Shown here piece by piece: positions 9,299 to 17,468 of a DNA stretch of 64,000 nt (position 1 is the first letter of the stretch; each line of letters starts with the position of its first letter). The DNA comes from an archaeon (GTDB lineage Archaea > Nanobdellota > Nanobdellia > Pacearchaeales > GW2011-AR1): NCBI GenBank assembly GCA_021107855.1, contig JAIORZ010000006.1, positions 32,480 to 96,479 on the forward strand, given 5' to 3'. The translations under genes and the position numbers were made by a program. The notes below the pieces were generated by a model. That model saw nothing but the letters and a program-made list of their open reading frames with translations. It did not search any database and was not told where the DNA came from.

Positions 9299-9597
9299 TA
9301 AAGGAATCGAGACCTGTTAGTATGACTGAGGTTGTTAAGTTGGTTGGGGATTCGGAGAAGGCGGAGGAGATTAAGAGATTTGTTAAGAATTTTGATGTTT
9401 TGAAAGTTGAAAAGGCGGAGGAATTAGCTAAGGAAATTGAGGCGCTTGATTTGATTAAGTTGAAGGATCTTCATGTTGTGAAGATTGTGGATTTTGTGCC
9501 GACGGACGCTGAGGAATTGAATAAAGTTTTGGTTGATGTTTCGCTTGACGCGGATGAAGTAAATAAGATTTTGGATATTACTAAAAAATTCAAATAG
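9295..9597 (+). CDS. rpoF: probable RNA polymerase subunit F (Rpo4/RpoF)
   Basis: 100-aa acidic helical protein located between L21e and DUF655, as in conserved archaeal gene order; sequence match is weak. Confidence 0.45.
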   Translation: MIKESRPVSMTEVVKLVGDSEKAEEIKRFVKNFDVLKVEKAEELAKEIEALDLIKLKDLHVVKIVDFVPTDAEELNKVLVDVSLDADEVNKILDITKKFK

Positions 9598-9601
9598 ACT
9601 T

Positions 9602-10138
9602 ATGGCGAAAGAAGAGCACGCAATTATTTTAGACTTTTTACCATATGGTTATCCGCTGGAGAATCGTAGGATGCCGTTGGGGCAAGCGATTGGGATAGGT
9701 GGTTTTACTTTGTTGCAATTGGTTCCTAGGCGTGGCGAGAGGTTTGAGGTTGGAGATAAGGTTTATATTGGGGACGGGAAAAGGGATAAGGTTCAGTATA
9801 TTTTAGGTAGATGTCCGAGGGAGAAATTGACTGAGACTGCGAAAGGTCAGCTTGGGGATTTTGTTGAGGAATCGGTTTTGGATGACGAGGAAAGGTTTGT
9901 TAATTTCTTTAATAAAGCGCAAGCTATAAATACCCGACTTCACCAGTTTGAATTGCTGCCTGGTCTTGGGAAGAAACACACGAGTGCTATTTTGAAGGCT
10001 AGGGAAGAAAAAGAATTTGAATCGTTTGAGGATATTAGGGAACGGGTTAGCAATATACCGTCGCCGGAGAAGGTTGTTAGTAAAAGAATTATGGAGGAGT
10101 TGACAGAAATGCAGAGGCACAATCTGTTTATTTTTTAA
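9602..10138 (+). CDS. DUF655-family archaeal nucleic-acid-binding protein
   Basis: MAKEEHAIILDFLPYGYP...GQAIGIGGFTLLQLVPRRGERFEVGDKVYIG is typical of the DUF655 family that follows L21e/RpoF. Confidence 0.65.
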   Translation: MAKEEHAIILDFLPYGYPLENRRMPLGQAIGIGGFTLLQLVPRRGERFEVGDKVYIGDGKRDKVQYILGRCPREKLTETAKGQLGDFVEESVLDDEERFVNFFNKAQAINTRLHQFELLPGLGKKHTSAILKAREEKEFESFEDIRERVSNIPSPEKVVSKRIMEELTEMQRHNLFIF

Positions 10139-10139
10139 G

Positions 10140-10613
10140 ATGGAAGGAAAGAAAGATTATAAGAGAAAGAAGGAAGAAGATGTTATCTTGGTTAGGGTTT
10201 TGGGTAAAGATATTCGAGGGGATATTAAAATAAGGTCGGCTTTGACTAAGGTTGATGGGGTGTCTTGGGCGATTTCTAATGCTGTTTGTAAGGTTTTGGA
10301 GTTGGATCAGAATGTGAAGTTGCAGGATTTTAAGAAGGATGAATTGAAAAAAATTGAGGAGTTTATGAAGAATTTGGAGGTTCCGAGTTTTTTGAAGAAT
10401 CGGCAGAATGATTTGGAGAGTGGAGAGGATTTGCATATTAGTGGGGCGGATTTGAAGTTGAGGAAGGAGTTTGATATTAAGAGACTTAAGAAGATTAGGT
10501 CGTATAAGGGTGTTCGGCATGTTGCTGGATTGCCAGTTAGAGGGCAGAGAACTAAAGCTAATTTTAGGAGGAATAGGAAGCCGTCCGTTGCTGCGGCGAA
10601 GAAGAAAGGATAG
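10140..10613 (+). CDS. rps13: 30S ribosomal protein S13
   Basis: DVILVRVLGKDIRGDIKIRSALTKVDGVSWAISNAVCKVLELD...GVRHVAGLPVRGQRTKAN. Confidence 0.9.
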   Translation: MEGKKDYKRKKEEDVILVRVLGKDIRGDIKIRSALTKVDGVSWAISNAVCKVLELDQNVKLQDFKKDELKKIEEFMKNLEVPSFLKNRQNDLESGEDLHISGADLKLRKEFDIKRLKKIRSYKGVRHVAGLPVRGQRTKANFRRNRKPSVAAAKKKG

Positions 10614-11185
10614 TGGGAGATATTAAAAGAAAACGTAAATTGTTTAGTCGTCCGAAGAAGCTGTATGACCGGGCTAGGATGGACGAGGAGAATGTTTTGG
10701 TGAAGCGGTATGGGTTGAAAAATAAGAGGGAAATTTGGAAGGCGAAGAGTGCGGTTTCTAAGTTGAGGCGTAGGGCGAAGGGTTTGATTGGGGCGAGTGA
10801 CGAGGAGCAGAGGGCGTTTTTTGAGAAGTTGGGTAAGGTTGGGTTTAATATTACAGATATTTCTGATGTTTTGGCTTTGACTGAGGAGAATATTTTTGAC
10901 AGGCGATTGCAGACTTTTGTTGTTAGGAAAAAATTGGCGACTACTCCTAAGGGTGCGCGACAGTTGATTGTTCATAAGAATGTTTTGGTTGATGGGAAGA
11001 TTGTGAATATTCCGTCGTTTGTTGTGACTCTGGAGCTTGAGGGGAAGATTGCTTTGAAGGAGAGGAAGGTTAAGCCAAAGAAAGAAGTTGTTGAGGATAA
11101 GCCTGAAGAACCTGTTGTTGAGGAGAATATTAAAGAGGAGGCCCCATTGGATAATAAAGATCAAACGGGGCAAGATAAAGAATAA
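10613..11185 (+). CDS. rps4: 30S ribosomal protein S4 (GTG start overlapping the S13 stop; long acidic C-terminal tail)
   Basis: GDIKRKRKLFSRPKKLYD...RRLQTFVVRKKLATTPKGARQLIVHKNVLVDGKIVNIPSFVV (S4 domain). Confidence 0.9.
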   Translation: MGDIKRKRKLFSRPKKLYDRARMDEENVLVKRYGLKNKREIWKAKSAVSKLRRRAKGLIGASDEEQRAFFEKLGKVGFNITDISDVLALTEENIFDRRLQTFVVRKKLATTPKGARQLIVHKNVLVDGKIVNIPSFVVTLELEGKIALKERKVKPKKEVVEDKPEEPVVEENIKEEAPLDNKDQTGQDKE

Positions 11186-11574
11186 TGGCAAAGAAAGAAG
11201 AAGAGAATATTGGGATTGTGAATATTTATGCGACTTTTAATAATACGATTGCGACTGTGACGGATTTGGCTGGGAATACGATTGGGCGGATTAGTGGTGG
11301 GCAGATTACGAAGCATGATAGGATGCGGGCGAACCCGACGATCGCGATGTTTATTGCTAAGAGAGTTCAGGAGATTTGTAGGGATTACAGGATTAATGCG
11401 GTTTACGTTAGGATGAAGGGGCAGACTGGGGCGACTGGGGTTGGACCTGGGGCGCATGCGATTGTTAGGACGTTGACGAAGGAAGGTATGAAGATTTTGA
11501 GTATGGCGGAGACTACTGCTACTGCTCGAGGTGGACCGAAGAAGAAGGGAGGTCGGAGAGGTCGGAGACCATAA
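11185..11574 (+). CDS. rps11: 30S ribosomal protein S11
   Basis: IGIVNIYATFNNTIATVTDLAGNTIGRISGGQ...GVGPGAHAIVRTLTKEGMKI; a perfect hairpin ATGAAATTAAAAATTTCAT follows the stop. Confidence 0.9.
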   Translation: MAKKEEENIGIVNIYATFNNTIATVTDLAGNTIGRISGGQITKHDRMRANPTIAMFIAKRVQEICRDYRINAVYVRMKGQTGATGVGPGAHAIVRTLTKEGMKILSMAETTATARGGPKKKGGRRGRRP

Positions 11575-11706
11575 TGAAATTAAAAATTTCATCGGGGGTG
11601 GGTATTTGGTATTCGGACGCTTCGCTGGTCGGGGCTTGGCGAATTGAATTAGGGAATAAATTTGGGAGTATAAACTTATAAACTGATAATTTGATAAAAT
11701 ATTAAG

Positions 11707-12414
11707 ATGGAAAATATAAAAAATACAAGCGAGGAAGTTGTTTTTAGTGTTGAGATGAATGTCAGTTTGGCGAACGCGATTCGGAGGAGTGTCGGTGAGA
11801 TTGATATTTTGGCGATTGATGAATGTGATATTTACAAAAACGATTCTGCACTCTACGACGAGATTATTGCGCATCGGTTGGGTTTGGTAAGTTTGAAGAA
11901 TCAGAAGATGAAGAAGGGTGATGTTGTGGAGTTTAAGTTGAAAGGGAAGGGGGAAGTGGATGGTAAGATGATTTTGGCTGGTGAGATGGGCGCTGAGGTT
12001 ATTTATCCTGAGACTCCGATTGTTTTGTTGGGGGAAGGTCAGCAGTTGGAGATTGTTGCGAGGGCTCGTGCTGGTAAGGGTATTAATCATGCGAAGTTTA
12101 TGCCGGGGCTTGTTTATTATAAACATTTGCCGATGATTAAGTTGAATGCTGAGGGTGAGAAGCAAACTGAGTTGGTTGAGATTTATCCTGAGGTTTTTGA
12201 GATGTATGGCGAGAAAGTGAAGGTGAAGAATGCGTGGAAATGTAATTTGGACGAAGAGGATGTGAAGGATTATCCTGGTGTTGAGGTTTCGTTTGATGAT
12301 AATTTGGTTTTTGCGATTGAGTCGTGGGGACAGATGGAGGCTAAGAAAATTTTTGAGGAATCGTGCAGGGTGTTGAAGAGTAATTTGTTAGAGGTTTCTA
12401 AGGCGGTTAAGTGA
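11707..12414 (+). CDS. rpoD: DNA-directed RNA polymerase subunit D (Rpo3)
   Basis: VEMNVSLANAIRRSVGEIDILAIDECDIYKNDSALYDEIIAHRLGLV; canonical position after S11. Confidence 0.85.
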   Translation: MENIKNTSEEVVFSVEMNVSLANAIRRSVGEIDILAIDECDIYKNDSALYDEIIAHRLGLVSLKNQKMKKGDVVEFKLKGKGEVDGKMILAGEMGAEVIYPETPIVLLGEGQQLEIVARARAGKGINHAKFMPGLVYYKHLPMIKLNAEGEKQTELVEIYPEVFEMYGEKVKVKNAWKCNLDEEDVKDYPGVEVSFDDNLVFAIESWGQMEAKKIFEESCRVLKSNLLEVSKAVK

Positions 12415-12776
12415 TGGAAGTTAGCATTAATAAGACCAAGATTGAAAAAAGAATGCGTGGGAAAATGGATGGTGAGTTGGTTAATGTTATTGTGAAGTTG
12501 AAGAAGACGAATCCTGTTGTGGCTAAGGAATTGGCGCGACCGAAGAGACGGTGGCCGGCTGTGAATTTGAAAGATATTGATATGATTAAGGGGGATGTTC
12601 TGGTTGCTGGGAAAGTTTTGAGTGCTGGGGATTTGAGTGGACCGAAAAAAATTGTTGCTTGGGCTGTGAGCGAGAAGGCTTTGGGTAAAATTAATAACAT
12701 GAAAGGGACTTTTGTTTTTATTGGGGAAGAGATGAAGAAGAATCCGAAATTAAATGGTTTTGATATTTTGCGATAA
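12414..12776 (+). CDS. rpl18e: 50S ribosomal protein L18e (ATG overlaps the rpoD TGA as TGATG)
   Basis: MEVSINKTKIEKRMRGKMDGELVNVIVKLKKTNPVVAKELARPKRRWPAVNL matches L18e. Confidence 0.85.
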   Translation: MEVSINKTKIEKRMRGKMDGELVNVIVKLKKTNPVVAKELARPKRRWPAVNLKDIDMIKGDVLVAGKVLSAGDLSGPKKIVAWAVSEKALGKINNMKGTFVFIGEEMKKNPKLNGFDILR

Positions 12777-12966
12777 GATGAAGAATTGTTCTGGAGTTAC
12801 TTATGATGGGAGAAGGTTTCGTTTTTATTCTGATAGTAGAGAAGGATTTAAAAGGTATATGGAAAATGTTGCAGCTAATCCAAACAGAGAGGGTTTGTGG
12901 AGTTCTGAACCTGATAGTACTTTTAATTTGAAAAAAAGTTTGGAGGCGACTTTGATGTTATGGTGA
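12754..12966 (+). CDS. small ORF (70 aa) in the L18e-L13 spacer; paralogous to the small ORF at 13352-13555
   Basis: Protein-level similarity to the second copy (VT..G....YSDSRE.F...LW..EPDS....L.EATLML versus VT.VPG....YSEDEKREF...LW..NPDN....L.EATLL). Confidence 0.3.
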   Translation: MVLIFCDKMKNCSGVTYDGRRFRFYSDSREGFKRYMENVAANPNREGLWSSEPDSTFNLKKSLEATLMLW

Positions 12967-13355
12967 AAATAATTTATGACGGTGAAGGAGCGGTTTTTGG
13001 TAGGTTGGCTAGTGTTGTTGCTAAAGATTTGTTGAAGGGCGAGAACGTTGATGTTGTTAATTGTGAGAAGATTATTATTTCTGGGGATAAGAAGTTGTTG
13101 GCGAAAAAGATTTTGACGAAGAGAGAAATGGGAAGTGGTGGTTCGATGAAGGGACCGAAATATCCTAGGGTTGCTGATAAGTTGGTTAAGAGAATGATTA
13201 GGGGGATGTTGCCGCGGGATAGGGCGAAGGGGAGAGATGCTTTTAGAAATTTGAAGTGTTATGTCGGCGGGAAAAGTGAAGGAGCTGTTAAATTAAATCA
13301 TAGAAAGCCGATGAGGTTTGTTTCGGTTGAGGAAATTGTGAGGTTGTTGAAATGA
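12960..13355 (+). CDS. rpl13: 50S ribosomal protein L13
   Basis: VKIIYDGEGAVFGRLASVVAKDLLKGENVDVVNCEKIIISG...VKRMIRGMLPRDRAKGRDAFRNLKCY. Confidence 0.9.
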   Translation: MVKIIYDGEGAVFGRLASVVAKDLLKGENVDVVNCEKIIISGDKKLLAKKILTKREMGSGGSMKGPKYPRVADKLVKRMIRGMLPRDRAKGRDAFRNLKCYVGGKSEGAVKLNHRKPMRFVSVEEIVRLLK

Positions 13356-13555
13356 ACGGAGAATTGTATTGTGGAATAATTAGAATGAATAAAGTTACTG
13401 GAGTTCCTGGACAAGAAGTTGTTTTATATTCTGAGGATGAAAAAAGAGAATTCGATTATAAAACTAAGACACATGAGAAAGATATTGAAAGTTATCTCTG
13501 GATTGTAAATCCTGACAATATGCAAACGTTGATGGAGGCCACATTATTAGAATGA
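13352..13555 (+). CDS. small ORF (67 aa) in the L13-S9 spacer; paralogous to 12754-12966
   Basis: See 12754-12966; both ORFs fill unusually long (~180-195 nt) spacers inside a normally compact operon. Confidence 0.3.
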   Translation: MNGELYCGIIRMNKVTGVPGQEVVLYSEDEKREFDYKTKTHEKDIESYLWIVNPDNMQTLMEATLLE

Positions 13556-13959
13556 AGGATAATAAGTTGGTTGTTTCGGGGAAACGGAAGACTGCGGTTG
13601 CTAAGGCTACGATTGGAGAGGGAACTGGTGTTGTGACTTTTAATAAGAGGCCTATATCTTTTCTTAGTAGTTTGCAGCAGTTGGAGATTAGTGAGCCGTT
13701 GATTATTGCGAAGGATGTTTTGGGTGAGTTGAATTTTGATATTGCTTTGAATGTGAAGGGTGGCGGGATTGCTTGTCAGGTTGAGGCGGGTCGGTTGGCG
13801 ATTGCGAAGGCGATTGTTGGTTTTGTTGGGAAGGATGATGTGAAGCATGCGTTTTTGGCGTATGATAGAAATATGTTGGTTGCGGATACTCGTCGGAAGG
13901 AGACTTGTAAGCCTGGGGATTCTAAGGCGCGGGCGAATAGGCAGACGTCGTTTAGATAA
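13552..13959 (+). CDS. rps9: 30S ribosomal protein S9
   Basis: GKRKTAVAKATIGEGTGVVTFNKRPI...GGGIACQVEAGRLAIAKAIVGF...DTRRKETCKPGDSKARANRQTSFR. Confidence 0.9.
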   Translation: MKDNKLVVSGKRKTAVAKATIGEGTGVVTFNKRPISFLSSLQQLEISEPLIIAKDVLGELNFDIALNVKGGGIACQVEAGRLAIAKAIVGFVGKDDVKHAFLAYDRNMLVADTRRKETCKPGDSKARANRQTSFR

Positions 13960-14523
13960 TTATTTTCTTGGCTTCAAATAACTTTTCAATTTCCGTTGAG
14001 CCGCGTAGAATATCTCTGGATTGATTATTGGTTGGTGATTGCCTTTGTGAATTTTGCCGTCGAATTTGATTTCTCCTAAGTAGGTTCGGTTGGTGAGGAC
14101 TTTTTTGAGACCGTTGACTGATAGGGAGAAGTTTTTGGAGAGGGAGTTTAGGGAGTAGTTTCGTGCGAGGAAGGTTTTGAAGAGGGAGTGGATGCGGATT
14201 GAGTTTTCGTTTGGAGTGAGGTTGCCGTTTGTTGCGTCGTAGCCTAGGGGTGGGCGAGTTTGGAGTTTGCCGAGGAATGCCATTTTTTGCATGCCTTTTT
14301 TTTGTTTTGCTCCTGGACTGCTGCCGTAATTTCTGAATGTGTCTAGAATTTTCCAGTCAACTTTTTCTGCGATGTAATTTTGGAAATCTTCTTTTTTGGT
14401 TGGTGCGAATGTTGCGCAAACTTTGCAGAGCGTTGTGTCGAAGATTTTTGTTTGGGATTTTTCTGTGTAACCGCATTTTTCGCATGGCATGGTTTTGACA
14501 GGAGGGTAGATTTTATAAAACAT
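13960..14523 (-). CDS. serine-recombinase-derived protein: zinc ribbon plus recombinase domain, lacking the catalytic resolvase domain (remnant or domesticated)
   Basis: C-terminal PPLGYDATNGNLTPNENSIRIHSLFKTFLARNYSLNSLSKNFSLSVNGLKKVLTNRTYLGEIKFDGKIHKGNHQPIINPEIFYAAQRKL fits the large serine recombinase 'recombinase' domain pattern. The N-terminus has CEKCGY...CKVC. No catalytic Ser/Arg domain. The stop abuts the rps9 stop. Confidence 0.55.
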   Translation of the reverse strand: MFYKIYPPVKTMPCEKCGYTEKSQTKIFDTTLCKVCATFAPTKKEDFQNYIAEKVDWKILDTFRNYGSSPGAKQKKGMQKMAFLGKLQTRPPLGYDATNGNLTPNENSIRIHSLFKTFLARNYSLNSLSKNFSLSVNGLKKVLTNRTYLGEIKFDGKIHKGNHQPIINPEIFYAAQRKLKSYLKPRK

Positions 14524-14540
14524 GGTGTGTTTGTTTTTTT

Positions 14541-14981
14541 ATGAAAGAGAGAGGTTTGATTGGTATGATTATTTTGGGGATGTTTGGATTTTTGTTGATT
14601 GTTGGAATTGGGGCTGGGATTTATTTTTACAATTTTCATGTGTTTAAGGAAATTCGGATTTGTGTTGGGGAGGGTGAGAATACTATGTTCCCTTGTAATA
14701 CTCAGGAAGATTGTGTTAATGTAATGAGGGAGGCTGACTTGGATTTTAGTGTTTTAGATGGGGCTCCGGATTTTGTGGTGAAGAATTTTAATGATATTTT
14801 AGAGAGTGCCGTTTATTGTGAGGAGAGTTGTTTTGTTGGGAATGTGCGTGGGATTGATTATGAGAGTGGGGAGATTGAGGGATTGGAGAGTTGTTTAGAT
14901 GGGGAGGAGGAGTTTGTTATGGAAATTCGGGGGAAGGAAGGGGTTGAGATTTTGAAGTGGATGAAGGATAATAAAGATTAA
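14541..14981 (+). CDS. N-terminally membrane-anchored Cys-containing protein, unknown function
   Basis: TM helix LIGMIILGMFGFLLIVGIGAGIYFY followed by a soluble domain with 7 Cys. Confidence 0.45.
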   Translation: MKERGLIGMIILGMFGFLLIVGIGAGIYFYNFHVFKEIRICVGEGENTMFPCNTQEDCVNVMREADLDFSVLDGAPDFVVKNFNDILESAVYCEESCFVGNVRGIDYESGEIEGLESCLDGEEEFVMEIRGKEGVEILKWMKDNKD

Positions 14982-15958
14982 GATTCGGCTGCCTGTGTTG
15001 CTCCGAATACGATGTTTCCTGTGCATGTTCCGGCGACTCCTGTTGGAACGTAGATTCTCCAGTATGTTGGTTTGATTGTGTCGTCTGTCGTGTCGTCTGT
15101 TCTTGAGGTTAGGTTGAATTGTTTGACTGCTGGGGTCGTGGTTAGGTTTGTGTAGTTTGCTTGGAACTGGGTGAAATTGAGTTGACCTGGAGCTGATGTT
15201 GTTAGGTTGTATTTTTCTAAGTCGACGGAGATATTTTTTGATGCGCCTAAGGTGCAGTTCATTGCGTTGCCGTCGTTCGGATTTGCTCCATATCCTTCTA
15301 GTGAAAGGTTGGCTTTTACGTTCCCGTAATTTGTGATATTAATTGTCTGTTCGTTTGAGACTGATGTTGCATTTATTAGTCCGTAGCTAATCCAGTCTGG
15401 GAGTCCGAGAGAGAGGAGTGGCGAAATTGTTCCTTGTTTTGTTCCTGTCCCTATGCCGCCCTCTGTGTCGTTTGCTTGTATTGTGCAGTTCCAGCTTCCC
15501 GCGTTTGCATAATATAATATTTGGAATGTGCAATTTGCCAGGGCGCTTTCTCCGTCGTCATTAAATCCATTAAATGAAATAAATGATGTGTTTATATGAC
15601 AAGATGAGTTTGTGTAGTGGTTGTTGTTATCGTCTGGGTTTGATTGTGGGATGGATGAGTCGAAAAATGTCGCGTTGGCCGCTGTTATGTCGGCTTCTCC
15701 GTTGTAGTCTACAATGACCGCTACGCACTCGACGAGTGTTGTTGAATTTGGAGTTAGGGTTATGTCTACACCTCCGTTGATTGACATATTGTGTATTTCT
15801 GGGGCTGTGTTCCCGACTGTTAATTCGGATGTTGTGTTTGTATTGGGGGAACCTATTCCTGCTAAGACTTCTTGTGGTGCGAAGGAGAAGAGTGCCAATA
15901 ATAGTAGCACTTCTAAGATTATTAGCGTGATTCCCGTTAATGGATTTTCATTTTTCAT
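14978..15958 (-). CDS. secreted/surface protein, family A paralog 1 (C-terminal motif YWRIYVPxGVAGTCxGxIxFGATQAAxS)
   Basis: N-terminal hydrophobic leader with an embedded Glu (GITLIILEVLLLLALF), N-x-S/T-rich body, conserved C-terminus shared with 16470-17462 and 47945-49114. Confidence 0.6.
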   Translation of the reverse strand: MKNENPLTGITLIILEVLLLLALFSFAPQEVLAGIGSPNTNTTSELTVGNTAPEIHNMSINGGVDITLTPNSTTLVECVAVIVDYNGEADITAANATFFDSSIPQSNPDDNNNHYTNSSCHINTSFISFNGFNDDGESALANCTFQILYYANAGSWNCTIQANDTEGGIGTGTKQGTISPLLSLGLPDWISYGLINATSVSNEQTINITNYGNVKANLSLEGYGANPNDGNAMNCTLGASKNISVDLEKYNLTTSAPGQLNFTQFQANYTNLTTTPAVKQFNLTSRTDDTTDDTIKPTYWRIYVPTGVAGTCTGNIVFGATQAAES

Positions 15959-16151
15959 TTTTGATTATGGCTTTCCAGTAGATTTTAGTTCGGCCTTTTT
16001 TCTCGAGCCATCCCTTTTCATGCATTTCTTCGAGATATTTCTCTGTGGTGTTCCAGGATATTTTTGTGGCTTTTGATATCTCGGTTGTGTTTTGATATTT
16101 AGGATTTTTGATTAGTGTGATTAGGATTTGGGTTTCGTATGGATTTAGCAT
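15948..16151 (-). CDS. small winged-helix DNA-binding protein
   Basis: 67 aa, ETQILITLIKNPKYQNTTEISKATKISWNTTEKYLEEMHEKGWLEKK is a typical wHTH recognition helix plus wing. Confidence 0.5.
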   Translation of the reverse strand: MLNPYETQILITLIKNPKYQNTTEISKATKISWNTTEKYLEEMHEKGWLEKKGRTKIYWKAIIKNEK

Positions 16152-16152
16152 T

Positions 16153-16368
16153 TTAAATTTGGTATGTTAGTGTTTTAGTTTTTGGATTATATTTCACTTT
16201 CAATTTCTGACCCTTTGCTAATTCGAGTTCTCGTCTGATTTCGGCTGGGACTGGGAGTTTGATTTGGTGTTTTTCGACGATTGCGGTTACGGAAATTTTG
16301 TTTTCGGATTTCTCAATTATTTTGATGTTGAGTTCTTTTAGAATTTCTTGGGGAATTCCTTTCTTCAT
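16153..16368 (-). CDS. SpoVT/AbrB-like (swapped-hairpin) small DNA-binding protein
   Basis: IKLPVPAEIRRELELAKGQKLKVKYNPKTKTLTY matches the AbrB/MazE pattern (..iPk.iR..l.l..Gd.v.v....g.l.l). Confidence 0.55.
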   Translation of the reverse strand: MKKGIPQEILKELNIKIIEKSENKISVTAIVEKHQIKLPVPAEIRRELELAKGQKLKVKYNPKTKTLTYQI

Positions 16369-16469
16369 ATCTTTAGACTAATTTTACATTATATAAAGCT
16401 TTCGTAGTCCTTATAATTTTAGACTAAGATTACATTAAAAAAATATTGAGTGAAAATGATGGTATAAAA

Positions 16470-17462
16470 TTAACTTGCGGCTGCTTGTGTTGCACCAAAT
16501 ATTATTGATCCATTGCATGTCCCGGCGACTCCTTTTGGAACGTAGATTCTCCAGTAAGCTTCCTTGATTGCTTCATTTACTGTGTCATTTGTTCGGTAGT
16601 CTAGTTCGAATCGTCTGATTGGGGGAGCACCGCTTGTTAGATTTGTATAGTTTCCTGCGAGTTGAGCTAGGGTGAATTGTCCTGGGTTTGGTGTAGTTAG
16701 ATTATACTTTTCATGTTCTATGGCTATTGTCCCTATATTTCCCAATGTGCAGACCATTGCCAAGTTGTCGTCCTCTACTGCTCCATATCCTTCTAGCGAG
16801 AGGTTGACTTGCACATTTCCGTAATTTGTAACGTTTGTTGTGTTTTCATTTGAGACTTCTGTTGCGTTGACTATCCCGTAGTTGATTGTGTCGGGGAGTC
16901 CGAGTGAAAGAAGTGGGGAAATTGTTATGACGTCTGTGTTTTCTCCCATCCATCCGACTGTATCATTTACTGTTACATGGCAAATCCAATCTTCCGCGTT
17001 CGCGTAGTATTCTACTTGGAATGTGCAATTTGCTAACGAGAGGTAGGGGTCGTCTGTGTAACCATTATACCCCCCTGTGTCTGCATCAATTACGCAAGAT
17101 GAGTTTGTGTAATGATAGTTATTGTCGTCTGAATCTCCTGATGAGGAGGCTACTGAATCATAGAATGTTGCGTTGACCGCTACGATGTCGGCGTCACCGT
17201 TGTAATCTCTTAGGATTGCCATACATTGGACTAATGTTGTGGCATTTGGGGTTAGGATTAGAGAGGCTGCGTCGTCGTCGATACTTACGTTAATTACTTC
17301 AGGGTATGTATTCCCAACGGTTAAATTCGTGAGTACTGTTGCATCAGGGGTTCCTATTTCTGCGATTACCGACGAGGGGACGAAGGAGAAAAATGCTAAG
17401 AGAAGTGAAATTTCTAAGAAAATTAGTCCAATCCCTATTGCTGTCTTATTTTTTGTTTTCAT
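16470..17462 (-). CDS. secreted/surface protein, family A paralog 2
   Basis: N-terminus MKTKNKTAIGIGLIFLEISLLLAFF, C-terminus YWRIYVPKGVAGTCNGSIIFGATQAAAS; alignable with 14978-15958 over its full length. Confidence 0.6.
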   Translation of the reverse strand: MKTKNKTAIGIGLIFLEISLLLAFFSFVPSSVIAEIGTPDATVLTNLTVGNTYPEVINVSIDDDAASLILTPNATTLVQCMAILRDYNGDADIVAVNATFYDSVASSSGDSDDNNYHYTNSSCVIDADTGGYNGYTDDPYLSLANCTFQVEYYANAEDWICHVTVNDTVGWMGENTDVITISPLLSLGLPDTINYGIVNATEVSNENTTNVTNYGNVQVNLSLEGYGAVEDDNLAMVCTLGNIGTIAIEHEKYNLTTPNPGQFTLAQLAGNYTNLTSGAPPIRRFELDYRTNDTVNEAIKEAYWRIYVPKGVAGTCNGSIIFGATQAAAS

Positions 17463-17468
17463 GTTTCA

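Noticed and set aside
11575-11706. tRNA or ncRNA in the S11-RpoD spacer (contains GGGGGTGGGTATTTGG...GGTCGGGGCTTGG)
   Set aside because: No convincing cloverleaf. The perfect inverted repeat ATGAAATTAAAAATTTCAT at the 5' end is better explained as a post-S11 hairpin. A degenerate third copy of the small spacer ORF (MKLKISSGVGIWYSDAS...) is noted but too weak to call.
10128-12165. Long minus-strand ORFs (130, 294, 334 aa) antisense to the S13/S4/S11/RpoD genes
   Set aside because: They overlap universally conserved ribosomal/RNAP genes on the other strand and have nonsense compositions (L/N/R/P-rich); spurious.
14978-17462. Toxin-antitoxin interpretation of the AbrB-like plus wHTH gene pair between family A paralogs
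   Set aside because: No PIN/VapC, MazF or other toxin ORF is adjacent. The AbrB-like proteins are more likely transcriptional regulators of the downstream surface-protein genes.
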